A stretch of 64,000 nucleotides of DNA. Source: Raillietiella orientalis (Eukaryota). Within the stretch, counting starts at the first letter, position 1. Every line of letters begins with the position of its first letter. Position numbers and translations under genes: made by a program. Below, piece after piece: positions 34,957 to 48,460 of the stretch. The notes under the pieces are model-generated. The model saw only the letters and a program-made list of their open reading frames with translations, searched no databases and was not told where the DNA came from. The DNA is taken from NCBI GenBank assembly GCA_036172245.1, contig JAYWIR010000054.1, positions 620,001 to 684,000 of the forward strand, read 5' to 3'.

Positions 34957-36449
34957 TCCTCGAAGACTATTCGGTCGACACGCCTGCTGACCGACTCCGA
35001 GACTTCGGAAGTCCATTCCAGAGGAACACTACGCCGGGAAGACCCACTGGACATCTCCCCCGCGTTACTGGCCCCGCTCCAGTTTGCGTGGAGAGTTCCG
35101 CTTTCCTGCTCAGGTGGCTGCACTCGGTGACTCCGCTCCGTCCCGCGCAATGCTCCATCAAAAAGGGCGAGGCGGGCGTCCCTGAGAACTGTGCCAGCTG
35201 CGGTGAGGGAGATCAACATTCACCGATGCTTGTAATCGCATCTGAGGTGCCGTTCGCCGCCAACGGACACGCCCAGAGACGGAGATCTTGAGGAACGCAG
35301 AGGTCCTCTCCAGGTGCTGTGCTCAGGCGGTTCACTTAGGCGCAACGGACAGCCTCCTGCCACAGGGGCATCTCCGAGCAGGCCTCCGCCGCCCTCTCTC
35401 ATTGCCTCTAGCCTGAGGCGATCAGGGAGACAGTGCGCGGCCCGAAGAAGACCTTGGTTGGCAGGCGACCAGCAAGTCAGTGGTGCCCCCGAAACTTTGG
35501 GAACAAGCGCAGAACCCAGTGCCCTGCGTTGTTTCTTTACCTTGTATGTTTATCATATGTTTACGAAGGCAACCGACGGCTCGACATGATCCGTCGAGGA
35601 CATCATGACAGTGGTCCGCCACCATTTAAAACCATTTATACCACGAGCAGAGCACAAGCAGCCCTCCATTGCTTTTCTCAAACCGTTGCTCCGAGCTGGA
35701 ACAGTTGACGAAAGCTCTTTTGCTTGGAGGTAATCCACTGTTACGTGTACGAGTTCACGAATAACAGCTTGCGCATGAACAAAAACACAAGAAATTTCTT
35801 GTGCTCTGAAACAGCAGAGGGAATGAAGATGATGGCTAGCACCTCTCCCACACCTCCAGGGGATCGAATTCACTCTACATGACCACTGAGTTGCCATGAC
35901 CTCGAATGTTCAACCACGCAGGCGGCGCACATCGTTTCCTGCCTCTAAAATCAAGGCCGCAGTGACGGGAAGGTCCTCTTCCTTTTTTCTTCCACGGCCA
36001 CTCATTCGTGATGTCCTCCCTACGGAAGCACGGATGTCGGCGCAATGGCTTTCACCGTGACTCTAGGAGGAAGTCCTCAGTGACCGCAAGATTCAGACGG
36101 AATGTTCCCATTCCGTTACTTTTCCGGATCTTTCCGCAATGAGCAACCAGTAAAGAAGAAGCAAAAGAAAAAAAAGATTATCATTCAGCATTCAAGAATG
36201 TCAAGAACCGACTGTGAGATCGGGTACTTGGAAGTATTCCTGTGCAACCACCCACATTGACACCTGCGATGGGAGGATGAACAACCGCCTCACAGGTGCT
36301 TCGATATCTTCTGGCATCCCTGAAACCTGAAACAGGGTCGCATACGGGAAAGGAGGATCGACGAGGATGCTTGGGAGGCAAAGATCAAAATGCGCCGATA
36401 GGATGTGAAAGCAGTCCCGTTTCTGGTCTGGAAGCACCACGAGGAGGCA

Positions 36450-37530
36450 GAGCTAACCTTTCCAGCGCTTTATGGCTACTCAGACTGGGCCTTGCCAAAG
36501 CTGAAAGCAGGTTCTTGTAAATATTTAACTTCAGGAAAAGACTGTTGACTTGATCAGCCTGGCTGGCTGTCAGATGGACTTCTGGCCAACTTAGCAGGGC
36601 TGACCAACTCTCAAGGACTTCGGAAAAAGTAGGCTCAATGCTGGCTTTCCTGTCGCAAGGGAAAGCTCTCGCCCGAAAGGGAAACAAAAACTGGGCATTT
36701 CGAACTGGAGCCAAACAGCCGCACAAGACATTTCGCTCTGCAGCAAGCAAACTTCTCTATTGGTAGGAGAACCTCCTTCGCCACTGCTACACAAACCTTC
36801 CTTCCTGGCTGTCCCTGGATCGAAGCCGCGCGCAACGGAGGTCACACGGAGAACTCACCCACCATCGTAGCTCCACCGACAGTCAAGTTCGTCCTCTTCC
36901 CTCTTCGTCCTTCTTCACCGAGCTTCCGATTTCTGCAAGCGCTCGCACGTGGTCTGCGGTCTGGCAGCCGCCCAGGTTCAATCACGGACGTGCATCTCTG
37001 CAGAAATCCGGCATCCGTTGCTCTCTCGGTCTCTCTCTCTCCCCCGCTTTCATGTTGCATCGTGGCCAACAAGATGAAACACGGGTGTCCGATTCCGATC
37101 GAAGCTTTCGAACCTTCTCTCCTGAGCCTGAGGCGCGCAAACGCGCGGGATTCCACCGCGGCGCAGAAAAACGGGAACATCGGGAAACTAGGTCACTGCT
37201 GCATGCACCAGAACGTTTCTGGCATCTTCCAGGAAGCAGCACATTCAGATGCGAGTTCCCTCGATTCGAAAATGGAGCGGAGTCTGGAGCGAACAAAATC
37301 GGGAGAGCAAGAAAGAAGCGTAGAGTCCACGCGGCGTGGAAGCTCGGAGTTGTACTTGAGCCACCCATTCATTTGATCATGTAATCGTGAGCAGAGCGTC
37401 GGATGTGGGCAGATGCTCGCACTCGTATCGGATGGAAATAGGTGCCAGGAAAAAAGGTTCTTCGGAGTTGGAAAATAGGGGTTGGATCGAAAAGTTCCAG
37501 CGCCGAAATCCCGAAAGAATCTTACAAAGT
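36450..37530 (-). mobile_element. Decayed hAT transposase C-terminal half
   Basis: LCKILSGF..SIQPLF (cf. GKVLxRF..EI), NSHLNVLLPGRCQ (cf. HLNxLNxxLQGR), EVCLLQSE, ESFPLR. Confidence 0.45.
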
Positions 37531-37539
37531 GCCGCGTTC

Positions 37540-38790
37540 ATTGTATATGTCAGCATATACACTTATAAATAGGTTAATATATAGATTAACGTATGTATTG
37601 AAGATTTTAAAAAAATAAATCATGAATTCTGAGTTGTAAACTATAAGTTAAATAAATGCATGAATAGAATACAAACTACAAGTTTCTTATAAACTTTGAT
37701 GTAATCACGAACATCTTTCTTATACATATATTAATATTTGCACATAGATCAATATATATCATAAAGAGTACGAAAATAAATATATTGGCTTATTATATAT
37801 ATTAATGTACTAATTTATTTTAAAATACGTATTTATCAATATTTATTGGCATGAATATTATTCTTATAATTGATAATATGTGTCAATATATTATGAATAT
37901 GCATTTTAGACATCATGAAAAGTAAATACATATGCTTGTTGTATGCGTTGATATATATATATATATATTACAGAGATATATTGAATGAATACGCTGATAT
38001 TGAATACTAAAAAATAAAAAGCAAAAAAGAGATTTGGTATTCCATTTTTCCTACACTCGATAAATGCAGCTCCTTCAACAATCGGTGAATTCCATTTCAG
38101 GGATGTTGACCGCGCGATAAATAAATGTTTCTAATTCAGTATTCATATATTCATTTAGTACATATTTCTTGTATATAAAAATATATCTCATAAACACCCC
38201 TATGTATTTTTGTAGAAAAAATTAATGCATACATTGATAGCATAATTAGCAGTAATAATAAATTATACTAAATATATGTATGTTAAAATACATAATATGT
38301 ATGTTAAAATAAATTTGCATATTGACCTTTATATAAATACAAATACATAGGTCAATGTATATATAGGTCAATGTATATTTACTTTTTACAACCTTTGAAA
38401 AATATTTAATCTAAACATTATTGACTATATTAGTATCTACTGTAAGCACACACGCATATATAATCTTTATAGTGTATATTAATCTATATACAAATATAAA
38501 AATTAACATGTAGTAAACACATAATTATATTTATCACATACATGTTAATAAATATTAATAAATATATGTGCTAAAATAGTATTACTAAGAATAATGCGTG
38601 TAACACCATATACTAACAAATATGCCTAGTAAAATAAATTTTTACATTAACTTATATGCAAATATGTATGCTGATATACATACTAAGCACATGTGCTCAT
38701 CTTTTGTGTTCTTTATAATTTATATTACTCCATGCATTAATTAATTATTATATAAATATACGTATTAATATACATAATAGACATGTATTT
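37540..38790. other. 1.25-kb very AT-rich, TA/ATA low-complexity island
   Basis: A/T-dominated with (TA)n at ~37952-37968; the ORF track is empty over almost all of it. Confidence 0.8.
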
Positions 38791-41010
38791 TTTGATCTTT
38801 CTAAAGAAGAGACTTCTCGTTCTGAAGGGCGCGACTCGCTGCCGGTGCACCCCTTCAGCGTTGGACACCAGAAAATTGGAGTATTTTCCTTTGATGTGCT
38901 TACAAAATTGCGACACTGCTCGAGGGAGATGTCACAGACACAGAAGTAGTCAGGGAAAGAGCCTCTCAAACATCTCCCAAACCTCAAGCAACGAAACCAT
39001 GCGGGAGGACCTGCTAAGGGAAAATGTTGAGGAACCACGAAGAGAGCTCCACAAGCCGAACCGCAGCAGGGAAAAGACTTTCAATGAGGTCACAGTCCAC
39101 GACATTTTGCGGATCTTTCCTCATTTCCGAAGTCACGCCCTCTCGCATAGTTTCTTCGTAAATTTGAGGAAACCAGCCTTGAAAAGGAAGCGAAAATACG
39201 TGACCAGGAACCCAACTTGCCATACGCAGCAAGATTATCTTCTATTCTCGCGTGTTATTCCTTTCAGCAGTGACAGCGACCGAGGCCTGAAGCATTCCGA
39301 AGCATGAAGCGGTGCTGGATCAGATGCAGAGGCTGCGCGGATGGCTGCAGCGAGACCAAACCCCTCTGTGATCAAATTTCTAGGGCTGCGCGGATGGCTG
39401 CAGCGAGACCAAACCCCTCCGTGATGTTTCTTGGACTGCGCGAATGGCTGCAGCTATACCAAACCCCTCCGTGATGTTTCTTGGGCCGCGCGGATGGCTG
39501 CAGCTATACCAAACCCCTCCGTGATGTTTCTTGGGCCGCGCGGATGGCTGCAGCTATACCAAACCCCTCCGTGATGTTTCTTGGGCTGCGCGGATGGCGG
39601 CAGCGATACCAAACCCCTCTGTGATGTTTCTTGGGCTGCGCGGATGGCGGCAGCGATACCAAACCCCTCTGTGATGTTTCTTGGGCTGCGCGGATGGCGG
39701 CAGCGATACCAAACCCCTCTGTGATGTTTCTTGGGCTGCGCGGATGGCGGCAGCGATACCAAACCCCTCTGTGATGTTTCTTGGGCTGCGCGGATGGCGG
39801 CAGCGATACCAAACCCCTCTGTGATGTTTCTTGGGCTGCGCGGATGGCGGCAGCGATACCAAACCCCTCTGTGATGTTTCTTGGGCTGCGCGGATGGCGG
39901 CAGCGATACCAAACCCCTCTGTGATGTTTCTTGGGCTGCGCGGATGGCGGCAGCGATACCAAACCCCTCTGTGATGTTTCTTGGGCTGCGCGGATGGCGG
40001 CAGCGATACCAAACCCCTCTGTGATGTTTCTTGGGCTGCGCGGTGGCAGCGATACCAAACCTCTCTGTGATGAAACTTCTTGGGCTGCGCGGATGGCGGC
40101 AGCGAGATCAAAACACTCCGTAACATTTCTTGGTGGGAACACACCCCGGTTGGATCCTCTTCTTATCAAAAACGCGTCATTTGAGATCTATAGCACTTGC
40201 ATGCCAGAGTTCTATGGATGTGTAAACAAATTCTCAGACAAAAAACGAAGTGGCCTACCGATTTGGAATTTGCCACTATCTTGGAAACGAACCATTTGTG
40301 CCAGGTGCTTGCCTACCTTGAAAATATCATTACCTTCCTTCGGCATTACAATCTCCTAACAGAACAGAAAAAAATGATTGCGCGCTAATTGGGATTATAG
40401 ACTAATGGAAAAGCAAAAACTGGGAGAGCATGACCAGCAGATCACACGGATTGCACATGGCCACGCATTCGCGTGGAATGCCACGTGGTGAGACATGGCA
40501 CCGCTCGACTCTGAAATGGAACGTACTGGCGCTGGTGCCGTCGCTAACCAGGTGTTCCTGCAAGTTCCCTTGACTCTGAATGCTTCCCGAATCTGCTGGA
40601 AGAAAATTCTCAAAAGCAAAGCATCCCCTTCGAATCCCACGTGCGCGAGAAGGGAAGGCTGTCCATGCTGGACTGCAGCAAGAAACGCGGATGCAGAGGA
40701 GGCTGGTGTAAGTGAAAGGAATCATTTAATGAACTGGAAGTGTGATGTGAAGGAAGGAGCAAACAAGGCACTGTTTTCTTCTGGGGAGATTGCTGCTCTC
40801 CAGAGTTTCCATCAGCAACACTTGGAAACTGGCTAAGGAGACCGCATTTGGCAGGCAAGGGAAGAAGGAAATGCAAGATGGAGAGAGAACATCGGAATCG
40901 GCGTGTTGATTTCAAGGGAATCCCGCGCTGGGGAGCATCGCAGCGGCTAGCTTTCTCCTGCGCTAAATTCAACAGCGCTGCAAATCGCTCTTCGATACCG
41001 AGCACTTGAA
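38790..41010 (+). mobile_element. Decayed hAT transposase split by a 50-bp minisatellite
   Basis: ALDTRKLEYF, ETMREDLL (cf. TTGEDLF), TCHTQQDYL (cf. HCIIHQE), DRGLKH (cf. RGLNHRQF), then the array, then LAYLENIITFLRHYNL (cf. LAYLxDIFxxLNxLNL), EIAALQS and AFSCAKFNSAANRSSI (cf. FSxMKFNKSKxRSRL). Confidence 0.65.
39331..40131. repeat. Minisatellite, ~16 x 50 bp (ttgggctgcgcggatggcggcagcgataccaaacccctctgtgatgtttc)
   Basis: Period 50 is directly visible. About 9 central units are identical and the flanking units are degenerate. Confidence 0.97.
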
Positions 41011-41331
41011 ATAAACTTTCGTAACCTTTCCGGGTTCACTAAGGATCGAGGATTTTCTCAAGAGACGGCGAGTCGTTACTCGCACCCGAAGTGCACATAA
41101 ACAGATGCGCCATCAAAGGCAGCGTGATAAGTCTAAACAGAGATTCACGCCTTCGAGGGATGTTTCCAGTTTGTTTGGACGAAAGCACGGCAATATCTCA
41201 AGCACAATTAGTTGCTACAAGCAAGCTTCCTTTCGGGAGATCAGGAAAAGCAACTGAATCGATGATATCATTCGAGAAAACAATAACAAAGGCACTATCA
41301 ACTAACAGGATCAACAAAATTTATTTTTGTT

Positions 41332-41349
<18 letters not shown>

Positions 41350-41368
<19 letters not shown>

Positions 41369-43760
41369 TGGCTTTGGAAATATCGTATCGTCTGATGCTG
41401 AAAGAGATCCGGGATATGCTGCAAAACTGTGTTGGGTCCACCTTTCGCCTTGCGAAAGGGATGCAAACGAAAGGGAACCCAGTTGGAATCCAATCCATTT
41501 GAAAATTCCGGTTCCGTTCTGGAGCTTCTTTCCCGATTCCGGAGCCGCCCTCCACAGTTAGCACGCAGTGTGACGACACTGTGTCGGAAGGGTGATGGGA
41601 TGGCACAAAGACCACTCAAGCGCAGCAGTGTTCCTTTGCTCTTGGCCATCAAATCATCTGAAACGGTGTGCTGCAGGGTCTCCCGGAATTCCTTACTTGC
41701 CTTGCCCAGCTGCGATCGTTCCACTCTTTCTTTGAAGATGGGTTCCCGAAACCAACGCCGATTTGCCCTGAGCTGCTGCCGGGAGTGGAACCGACTTGCC
41801 TCTCGCTGTGGGAGCGGCACACACCGCAGCTGAACGCAGCGAAAATGACGCACTCGAAATTCCTCCTTCAGTCCTGTTAGCCGATAGTTGGCAAAGGTGT
41901 AACGGTTTGAGGACATCAACGTGCCATCAACGTACATCCCCGCACACCTGCTCCCGACGGCCTGTTGAAATGCTTTGTAAACAAGGTTCATTATCTCCGC
42001 CATAAACGATACTCATGAGACATAGGTTCGACAGAACGTTCTGGGTATCCTGGATGAAATATTGCAATAATAAAAAGCGAATTATTCATTTACCGCACAT
42101 CAGACACATATCGTTCGCTATAGATTTTTATTGTTCGAAGCCGTTCACATCTTTAAACTGAAAAGATGAAAACAAGTGCTCCGAAAGACACTTGACGCAC
42201 GGAGTATATTTCGCTGCTGCTCTTTCCACTTCAGCCACTCTACAAGATACGCTTCTTTGTTTCACGCCTGTTTGCTTGAAAAACGACGCATCTGTTTCTC
42301 TGCTTGGTGGATTTCCGATTGGAATGCATTCCAGATATCGACTTTTCGCTTGCAAAAAAAAAAAAAAAAAAGGTTCCTCTACCAAAGGAGGACCGCCCAA
42401 GCTTACTATTGGGTGGTGGGGTGCACCCAGCAGGCAGCAACCATGCAGTTGTTCCCCGCCCCCCTCCCAAGACCGGGAGGCGATGTCCAGACCAGCAGCA
42501 GCAGGCACGAGCTGGCTGCAACCTACAAAAGAAGACTCCCCACTGCCCGCTCGCACGGGTTTTTCGAGAATCGCAATCTTCCTAATTAATCCGGAAAGGG
42601 AAATCTGGCGACATCGGAAGAGATGATGGCGGTCCATGTGGATTCCCATCCGCCACAGCCCCGACTCCAAACACGAATCCATCAGTCGCAGAACGGGGCA
42701 GGCGACGCGGAAGGGAAACCTGTGAGCCTTGGATCCGCACGCTGTAACCATGGATGCGAAGATGCAAGATTCCACGTTTTGAGGAAAACGCGCGACCCGA
42801 GTAAACGAACGCTGGACCTGGCGACCTCAGCAACGAAGAGCAGCAGCCATTCGGCAACAACGATCCTCGTGGACTTGCCAGGAACTCGAAAACACAGGGA
42901 AAACAGGGAGAGAAATCCACCCCGTCAACCCGAAACGCGACCAAAACAAGAATTCGCGAGCCGGGATCGAGTCTTCAAACAACAACAACCTATTTGGAAA
43001 ACAAGCGACCTGAACCTTAGGAGGTGCGTTTTTTAAAATAAATAAATAAACAAAAACGACACCACCTAACAAATAGAATGCAGATTGTGAAACGTTTGCT
43101 GCAATTTAGACGTAAATTTTTAGTCCTCAAACTGAGGAGACTGTCTTTTGAAAATGCCGGAGCGCCAGTGAATTCGTGCATGTCGACCGGTTCGACCGCC
43201 TCACATCCGACTAAACGTGCTCACGGAATCCATGAAGAATTCCCATCATCCGTTCGTGAAATGGGATAACCGGCGACGCAGAATGTGTCTGGAATTCGAG
43301 GAAGTGGATTCACTTCTTGAACGTACCGCACCTCCTGGCTGACCACGCTCTCGACGAAGACACCCTATGCTCCTCTGCGGACGCCACACTCCCAGAGAAC
43401 ACCTCGGCCTGAGTTCCTCGGGAACGCCCAGGGCGCGGAAGTTTACGTGGGAGCCCTTCCAGAGAGGCGACGGACCGTCGGAGCATTCGGACCGTGGCGT
43501 GGACATCCACCTCCCGGAGGTTCGTGCACGGGGCCCACTCCCTCGCCCTGCACCACGGCGACGATCCCATCGACCACCTCTGGCGGTGAACACGAACGGC
43601 GGAAGTTACGAGGCGGCGGGGGGCAGTCCTGAATCGATGCTGCACCGGAAGATGATGCCCAAGAGCACGGAGACGGGAGAAACCTTGGGGCAAACTCCGG
43701 ATGGACGAACACATACAGCCAGATGAGTAGTTGTGGGGAAATGGACACTTGCTGAAGGAT
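41350..43760 (-). mobile_element. Decayed non-LTR retrotransposon (RTE-like) endonuclease end plus reverse transcriptase
   Basis: In order: RRLVTSAVRV (APE end), LMDSCLESG, RQISLSGLIRKI (cf. RGISLLS..GKI), VDIWNAFQS (cf. VDxxKAFDS), VLSNL..MAEIM, MYVDG (cf. YADD), LGKASKEF..DDLMAKSK (cf. IGKASxAF..DLSxKTK). Confidence 0.6.
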
Positions 43761-44599
43761 CCGCACAGGTTAAATAAATGCGTTGCGAAACGAAGACGGG
43801 TGTGTTGCGTGCGTCTCTCTCCCTTTTCTTTTCCTACCCGCCTGCACTACGTAGCACGCGAATAAATCCTCAAGCGCAAGAACTACCAACCGCTGCAACA
43901 TAAATCTGTGAAAACTGCAGTCGGTTATCTTCGGGAACGCTGACAAAGGCAATCTGTCAGAGCAGCCTTGCAGACAACCAAATGTGCAAGCTGCACAGAA
44001 CCGAGGGCAAGCACGACAGACTAAAGCTTTCTTAATGAACCGGTGCCCAGAAAGATGCATCCACATGCCTGAACCTACAGGCGGCTCAAGAGTATGATGA
44101 TTCACATGCATGCATTCACAATTGCCATACGCTTGCTCACTACATAGAATGTATTTGGCTGTATGAACCATTTTTGACACAGATACAGAGTGGCAACGGT
44201 GGACGCCGTTTCACTTTATTGCATTTCTCTTTATCAGATAAAAATAAAATAAGATAACATGTCTAGAAAATGTTCCGGTTGTGATTTTACTCTTATGAAG
44301 CTGCTCACACAACATGATATTCCAGAAAATGGACGTGAAATCAGTAGCAGCACTCATGAGGAGGAATTAAATAATGCAGAATAATATTTAAAATGCTGTT
44401 CATGCAATCAAATGCAAGTACAACAATGAACTCAAGCAGGAGAATAAAAAACCTTCTCTAGTTACATACATCAACGAAAACTGCAAAGTTTCTGCAAAGT
44501 CATGTGCATGAGACTAATTTACAGTTAGAGTTTGCAATAACAACCACAAAGCAATGGATGAGCCAACAAAAAATATCCGAGGCTAAAGAAACTATGATA

Positions 44600-47500
44600 A
44601 TTAACTCTTTTTTTCAGCATCCTAAGCAGTTGAGATTCTCAATCATGAAAGCATAGTGTATTATAGAAGAAAGTGCTACAAATAATTATTTTATTTGTAT
44701 TTTTATTTAAATGCTCTTTGATCAAAATGCTGTTAATGGCTGTGGATTCTGAAGATATGACATTACAACTGCTGAAATTGATAACCTTACAGAAACATTA
44801 ATACTGAAGTAATAATACTCACATGAAACTGCTTAGTACATGTTTGGTATCATCATTTGTCTTGGAATATGCAAAACTGATGCAAGAACAATACAATGCA
44901 ATCCAGGCACACCATTTCAACTGGATGTTGGGAATGTCATTTTATTAATACATACTCAATTCTATGCTCACTCTCATCATTAGTCCACACATACTGAAGA
45001 TCATGCCTAACACATTCATATATTCTGATGTTGGATCATTATTGGAAATGACTGAATGTTTAAACCTAGCAAAACACAAATTAAAAGAAAAACGAAAACA
45101 CTTACTCCTAAAATCTGCACCACAAAAACGAACATTACTTTAGTTATGAGAAAATAAATAAACATACTTTTTAAAAAAAGTAGTTATTTTTCACGTGGGC
45201 AGAAAAACTTTTTTACTTTGAACCTTTTTATTTACATCTTCTGCTTGTGCATTCCCTTCTTTTCGGTTTCTCAAGTAGACTTAATAGCATTACCTTGTAA
45301 TTTTGTCGGGCCTACGAAGATCGCTGGCATTATTATTTCCAGACATGATAATCGACTACACAAATGGTATCATTACAGAGAGAGTCGATCAAAGGGGATG
45401 GCGATTATGACCATTTTATTCACACGTCACTCCCTGCAATTTCACTCTGCTACACAAGCAAGGCAGATGAGTAAAACCTCCGAAGATTTCAAAGTGGGCA
45501 AAAACCCTGAACACGGCGGCGGAATCCGCCCTGCAGGAGCACTAAGACCACGGCTGTCAGATCTTCTGCTGGCCGATTCAGGGTGGCCACTTGACGGCAA
45601 TTTAATTCCACGGGGGTGAAGAGAATTCAAACTGATTCAACATCGGTAAACGTGAAAACTTACAGAAAATGAAAAAAAAAAAAAAAAGCAAAGGCTGGTT
45701 GCAGAAACTTTAATGCAAACACAAATGAAGCCTGTCAAAAAAGATATAGCTTGAGTTTGGTTTGTTTCTAATTAGTATTAGACTTTTTTTTCTGGAAAAA
45801 GAAAAAGGATCAGTCACATATCAAAAAAAATCGGCAAACGCATTTTGCTTTCGATTTAGTATTTTTCAAACGTCGCATCCGATGGAACACTCTAGTCGTC
45901 ATGTTTGATTATTCAAATAAAAACACATCATTAATTGATTACTGGTAAATAATAGGACTTGTTCTGGAACACTGGTGGGTTTTTTGGTTTTTTTTTTTTT
46001 TATTTGACACTTCTACGTCCACACATCCCGAATCTCAACCAATTTCTCTAGTAATGCTATTACTGTAGAAGTCACTAACCGCCTTTCGAGTCCACTTCAG
46101 GGTAATTGTTTCTGAGTTTCAAGAATTCTTTAGGAACAATTTTATCCTAGTTTTATCTATTGCTGAGAGTTCTCACATGACTTCTTTTTATTTGGGATTT
46201 TTTGACGTTCCCGATGAGCCTTTCAAATTTTCAAAATGCTTTGTCTCCAGCAAAATTTCCAAACTTCGTACTTCTATAATAGATATCTCAAGATTTTTTT
46301 TATCTTTCCTTTAAAGCTCGCATTAATGTATGTAAGTGCATGACGCTTAACTTCCTACCGTATTTTGTTAGTTCCGGCATAACCAAGTCATAACTCGCAA
46401 CAAATTTGTGTAATAAGTTTTCACAAGTCCAATCTTAATGTATTTTTACAAAATTCGGCTTCGGGTTCTTTAGCATTTTGCAAATAGACCGTCCATCCAT
46501 CATATCTCCGATTCTCTCCTAGTGTACAGAAAGGAAAAAAAAATAGCTCATAGAAATCCAGATAAATACATATCCTCTAATAGCAAAATATTCTTTAGCT
46601 CCATAATGTAAAATTTACTTTGCAAAAAAAAACAATTAGGATGCAGGTAATTCACAAATACCCATCGAAGTGATATAGCGGAAGTAAGTCAAATAGTTGC
46701 TGAATATTTCAAGATCGAGGAGCCTGGTTTATTTATTTTTTTCTAGTACATGTCGAAGGCCGAAGGAAATGCTTACAAACAAAACGTACAATTGTTTTAG
46801 GTGCAACAAAAGGACTTTTTCACAATTCCCATAAACAAAGAACACTTGCCTTATCTTTGCTTAAACTTCTATTCATTCCAAAATATTAAACAAAACATCT
46901 CGAACAAAGAGTGAATAAGGAATGTGTACATGTACAACACTAATCATTCAAAGGCGTGAATATGTTAAAAGCCTGATGAGGCAATTCAACTCCTACAGCC
47001 TTTTTTGGTACATAGCAGTGTATTATTAAGTCTCAAATAATCATGGATAAAGAAGCGTTTTTTAAGCAACTGTGAAATCAGCCCAATCATAATGACAGGC
47101 ATAGGCAAGGTGGATGAGTAAAAACGCGAGTGCTTCAGTTTGCCTTCCCTTTCTGAATACTACCACTGGATGTAGCTAGTAATGGATATACGGTAATTCA
47201 ACTGAATTTCAAAGGCAACAAGGGGAAACCATTTCTGCCATTTTTTATAACCTCACAAGAAAGGCAAACCGACAACACTTGACAGTTTCCTAAGAGCTGC
47301 GTCCAAGGATGCCCTCCAGGAAGGGTGGCTTCCTGGAGTTTACTTTTAGATTTTCGTTTTCATTAAACGTTATATTCGGCAGTGACGGATCTGAGTCTTT
47401 GGACAGGCTATTCTAGGCAGTCATTCATTCATTTAAAGATTCAGGCCACGAATTCTTTATCGTTTCCCTTATGAATGGAGACTTCGTAATGGGTGACGTG

Positions 47501-48460
47501 CAGATGAAAGAAAAGTTGAACCACTTGTGGGCGGAAACATCTCTAAAGGGAGCTCTCCGGTCAGTTCAATGGCCAAGTAAAGGCTTGAATGATTACTGCA
47601 ATGTGGGAAGACTGTAATATAGCCATGCAGTATACAAAAAGGGCGAAGTTTTCCATGAGGGGCAACATTCCCTGATGAAGGAAAGCTAACCGAAAGAAAC
47701 TCACAAGTGCTCCATCCTAACACGACACTGTTTGAAAGATGAATTCGAGGTTTTATCTCTCGTTTCGACGACCAATATGTCATTAGTTTGGAAGCAGCAT
47801 GATCATTATCCATAGTGAAATGCTTTCTGAGGCGAAAAGTGCAGACTCCTCAGAATGAAAGGCGCCCTCAACTGAATCACATTGGGCTACAAGACAAAAA
47901 CCGTGACTATGATATTAGAAAGCGATGCACAGTGTTTAGAACCGAAATGTGTCGTGATTTTTTTTCAAGAAACAAATTTAATGTCCAGCTAGCTCTTGAT
48001 TTGACAAGGAAATTCATATGCAACAGCACCTCGTATAACATGAGGAAAAATGGAAACTTTAAATTGGCCCCTTCAACGCGAATGAATTTTCGTTTTGGGA
48101 TAAAGTGCGAGCTCATCGTTTTGCTTTGCTTTTTTTTTTTTAAAAAAAAAAAAAAGAATACGAACGAGTGAATTAAGTAGGCTGAAGGTAATTTTATTCA
48201 AATGTTTTGCGAATCAAATGGCTCAGGAAGACACATTTTTCAACAGCGATAACGACAGAGTTGAAACTATAGAATGACGTGGATCGATTAAACATGAAAC
48301 TATGAAAACTATTAACTGTAAAACTGCTTTTTTTTTAAAAAAAAAAAAAAAAAATCTCAAGTTGGATAATAAATTGCCACTTTTAGTTTTTTTTTTTTTG
48401 TTTTAAAGGACAGCAAATAGCCTGCACTCATAGAGATCAAGACACATTCCATGTCTTTTA
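44600..48460 (+). mobile_element. piggyBac-like transposase remnants (patchy)
   Basis: [13 protein letters not shown] (~44840), QLNFKG..F..ITS (~47200), GGNIS..SPVSSMA...GKT (~47530), TLNWPL (~48055). 48040-48450 also matches 63600-64000 at nucleotide level (atggctca.gaaga.acattt.tcaacagcga). Confidence 0.35.

Noticed and set aside
34173..40131. Tandem arrays as CRISPR arrays or repeat-protein genes
   Set aside because: There are no unique spacers, the context is eukaryotic, and periods of 101 and 50 are not multiples of 3.
44259..44384. 41-codon ORF MSRKCSGCDF...
   Set aside because: Too short, no recognisable homology, and adjacent to transposon remnants.
48130..48353. T-run followed by A-run foldbacks (also at ~63729)
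   Set aside because: Homopolymer slippage within a shared repeat; no evidence of function.
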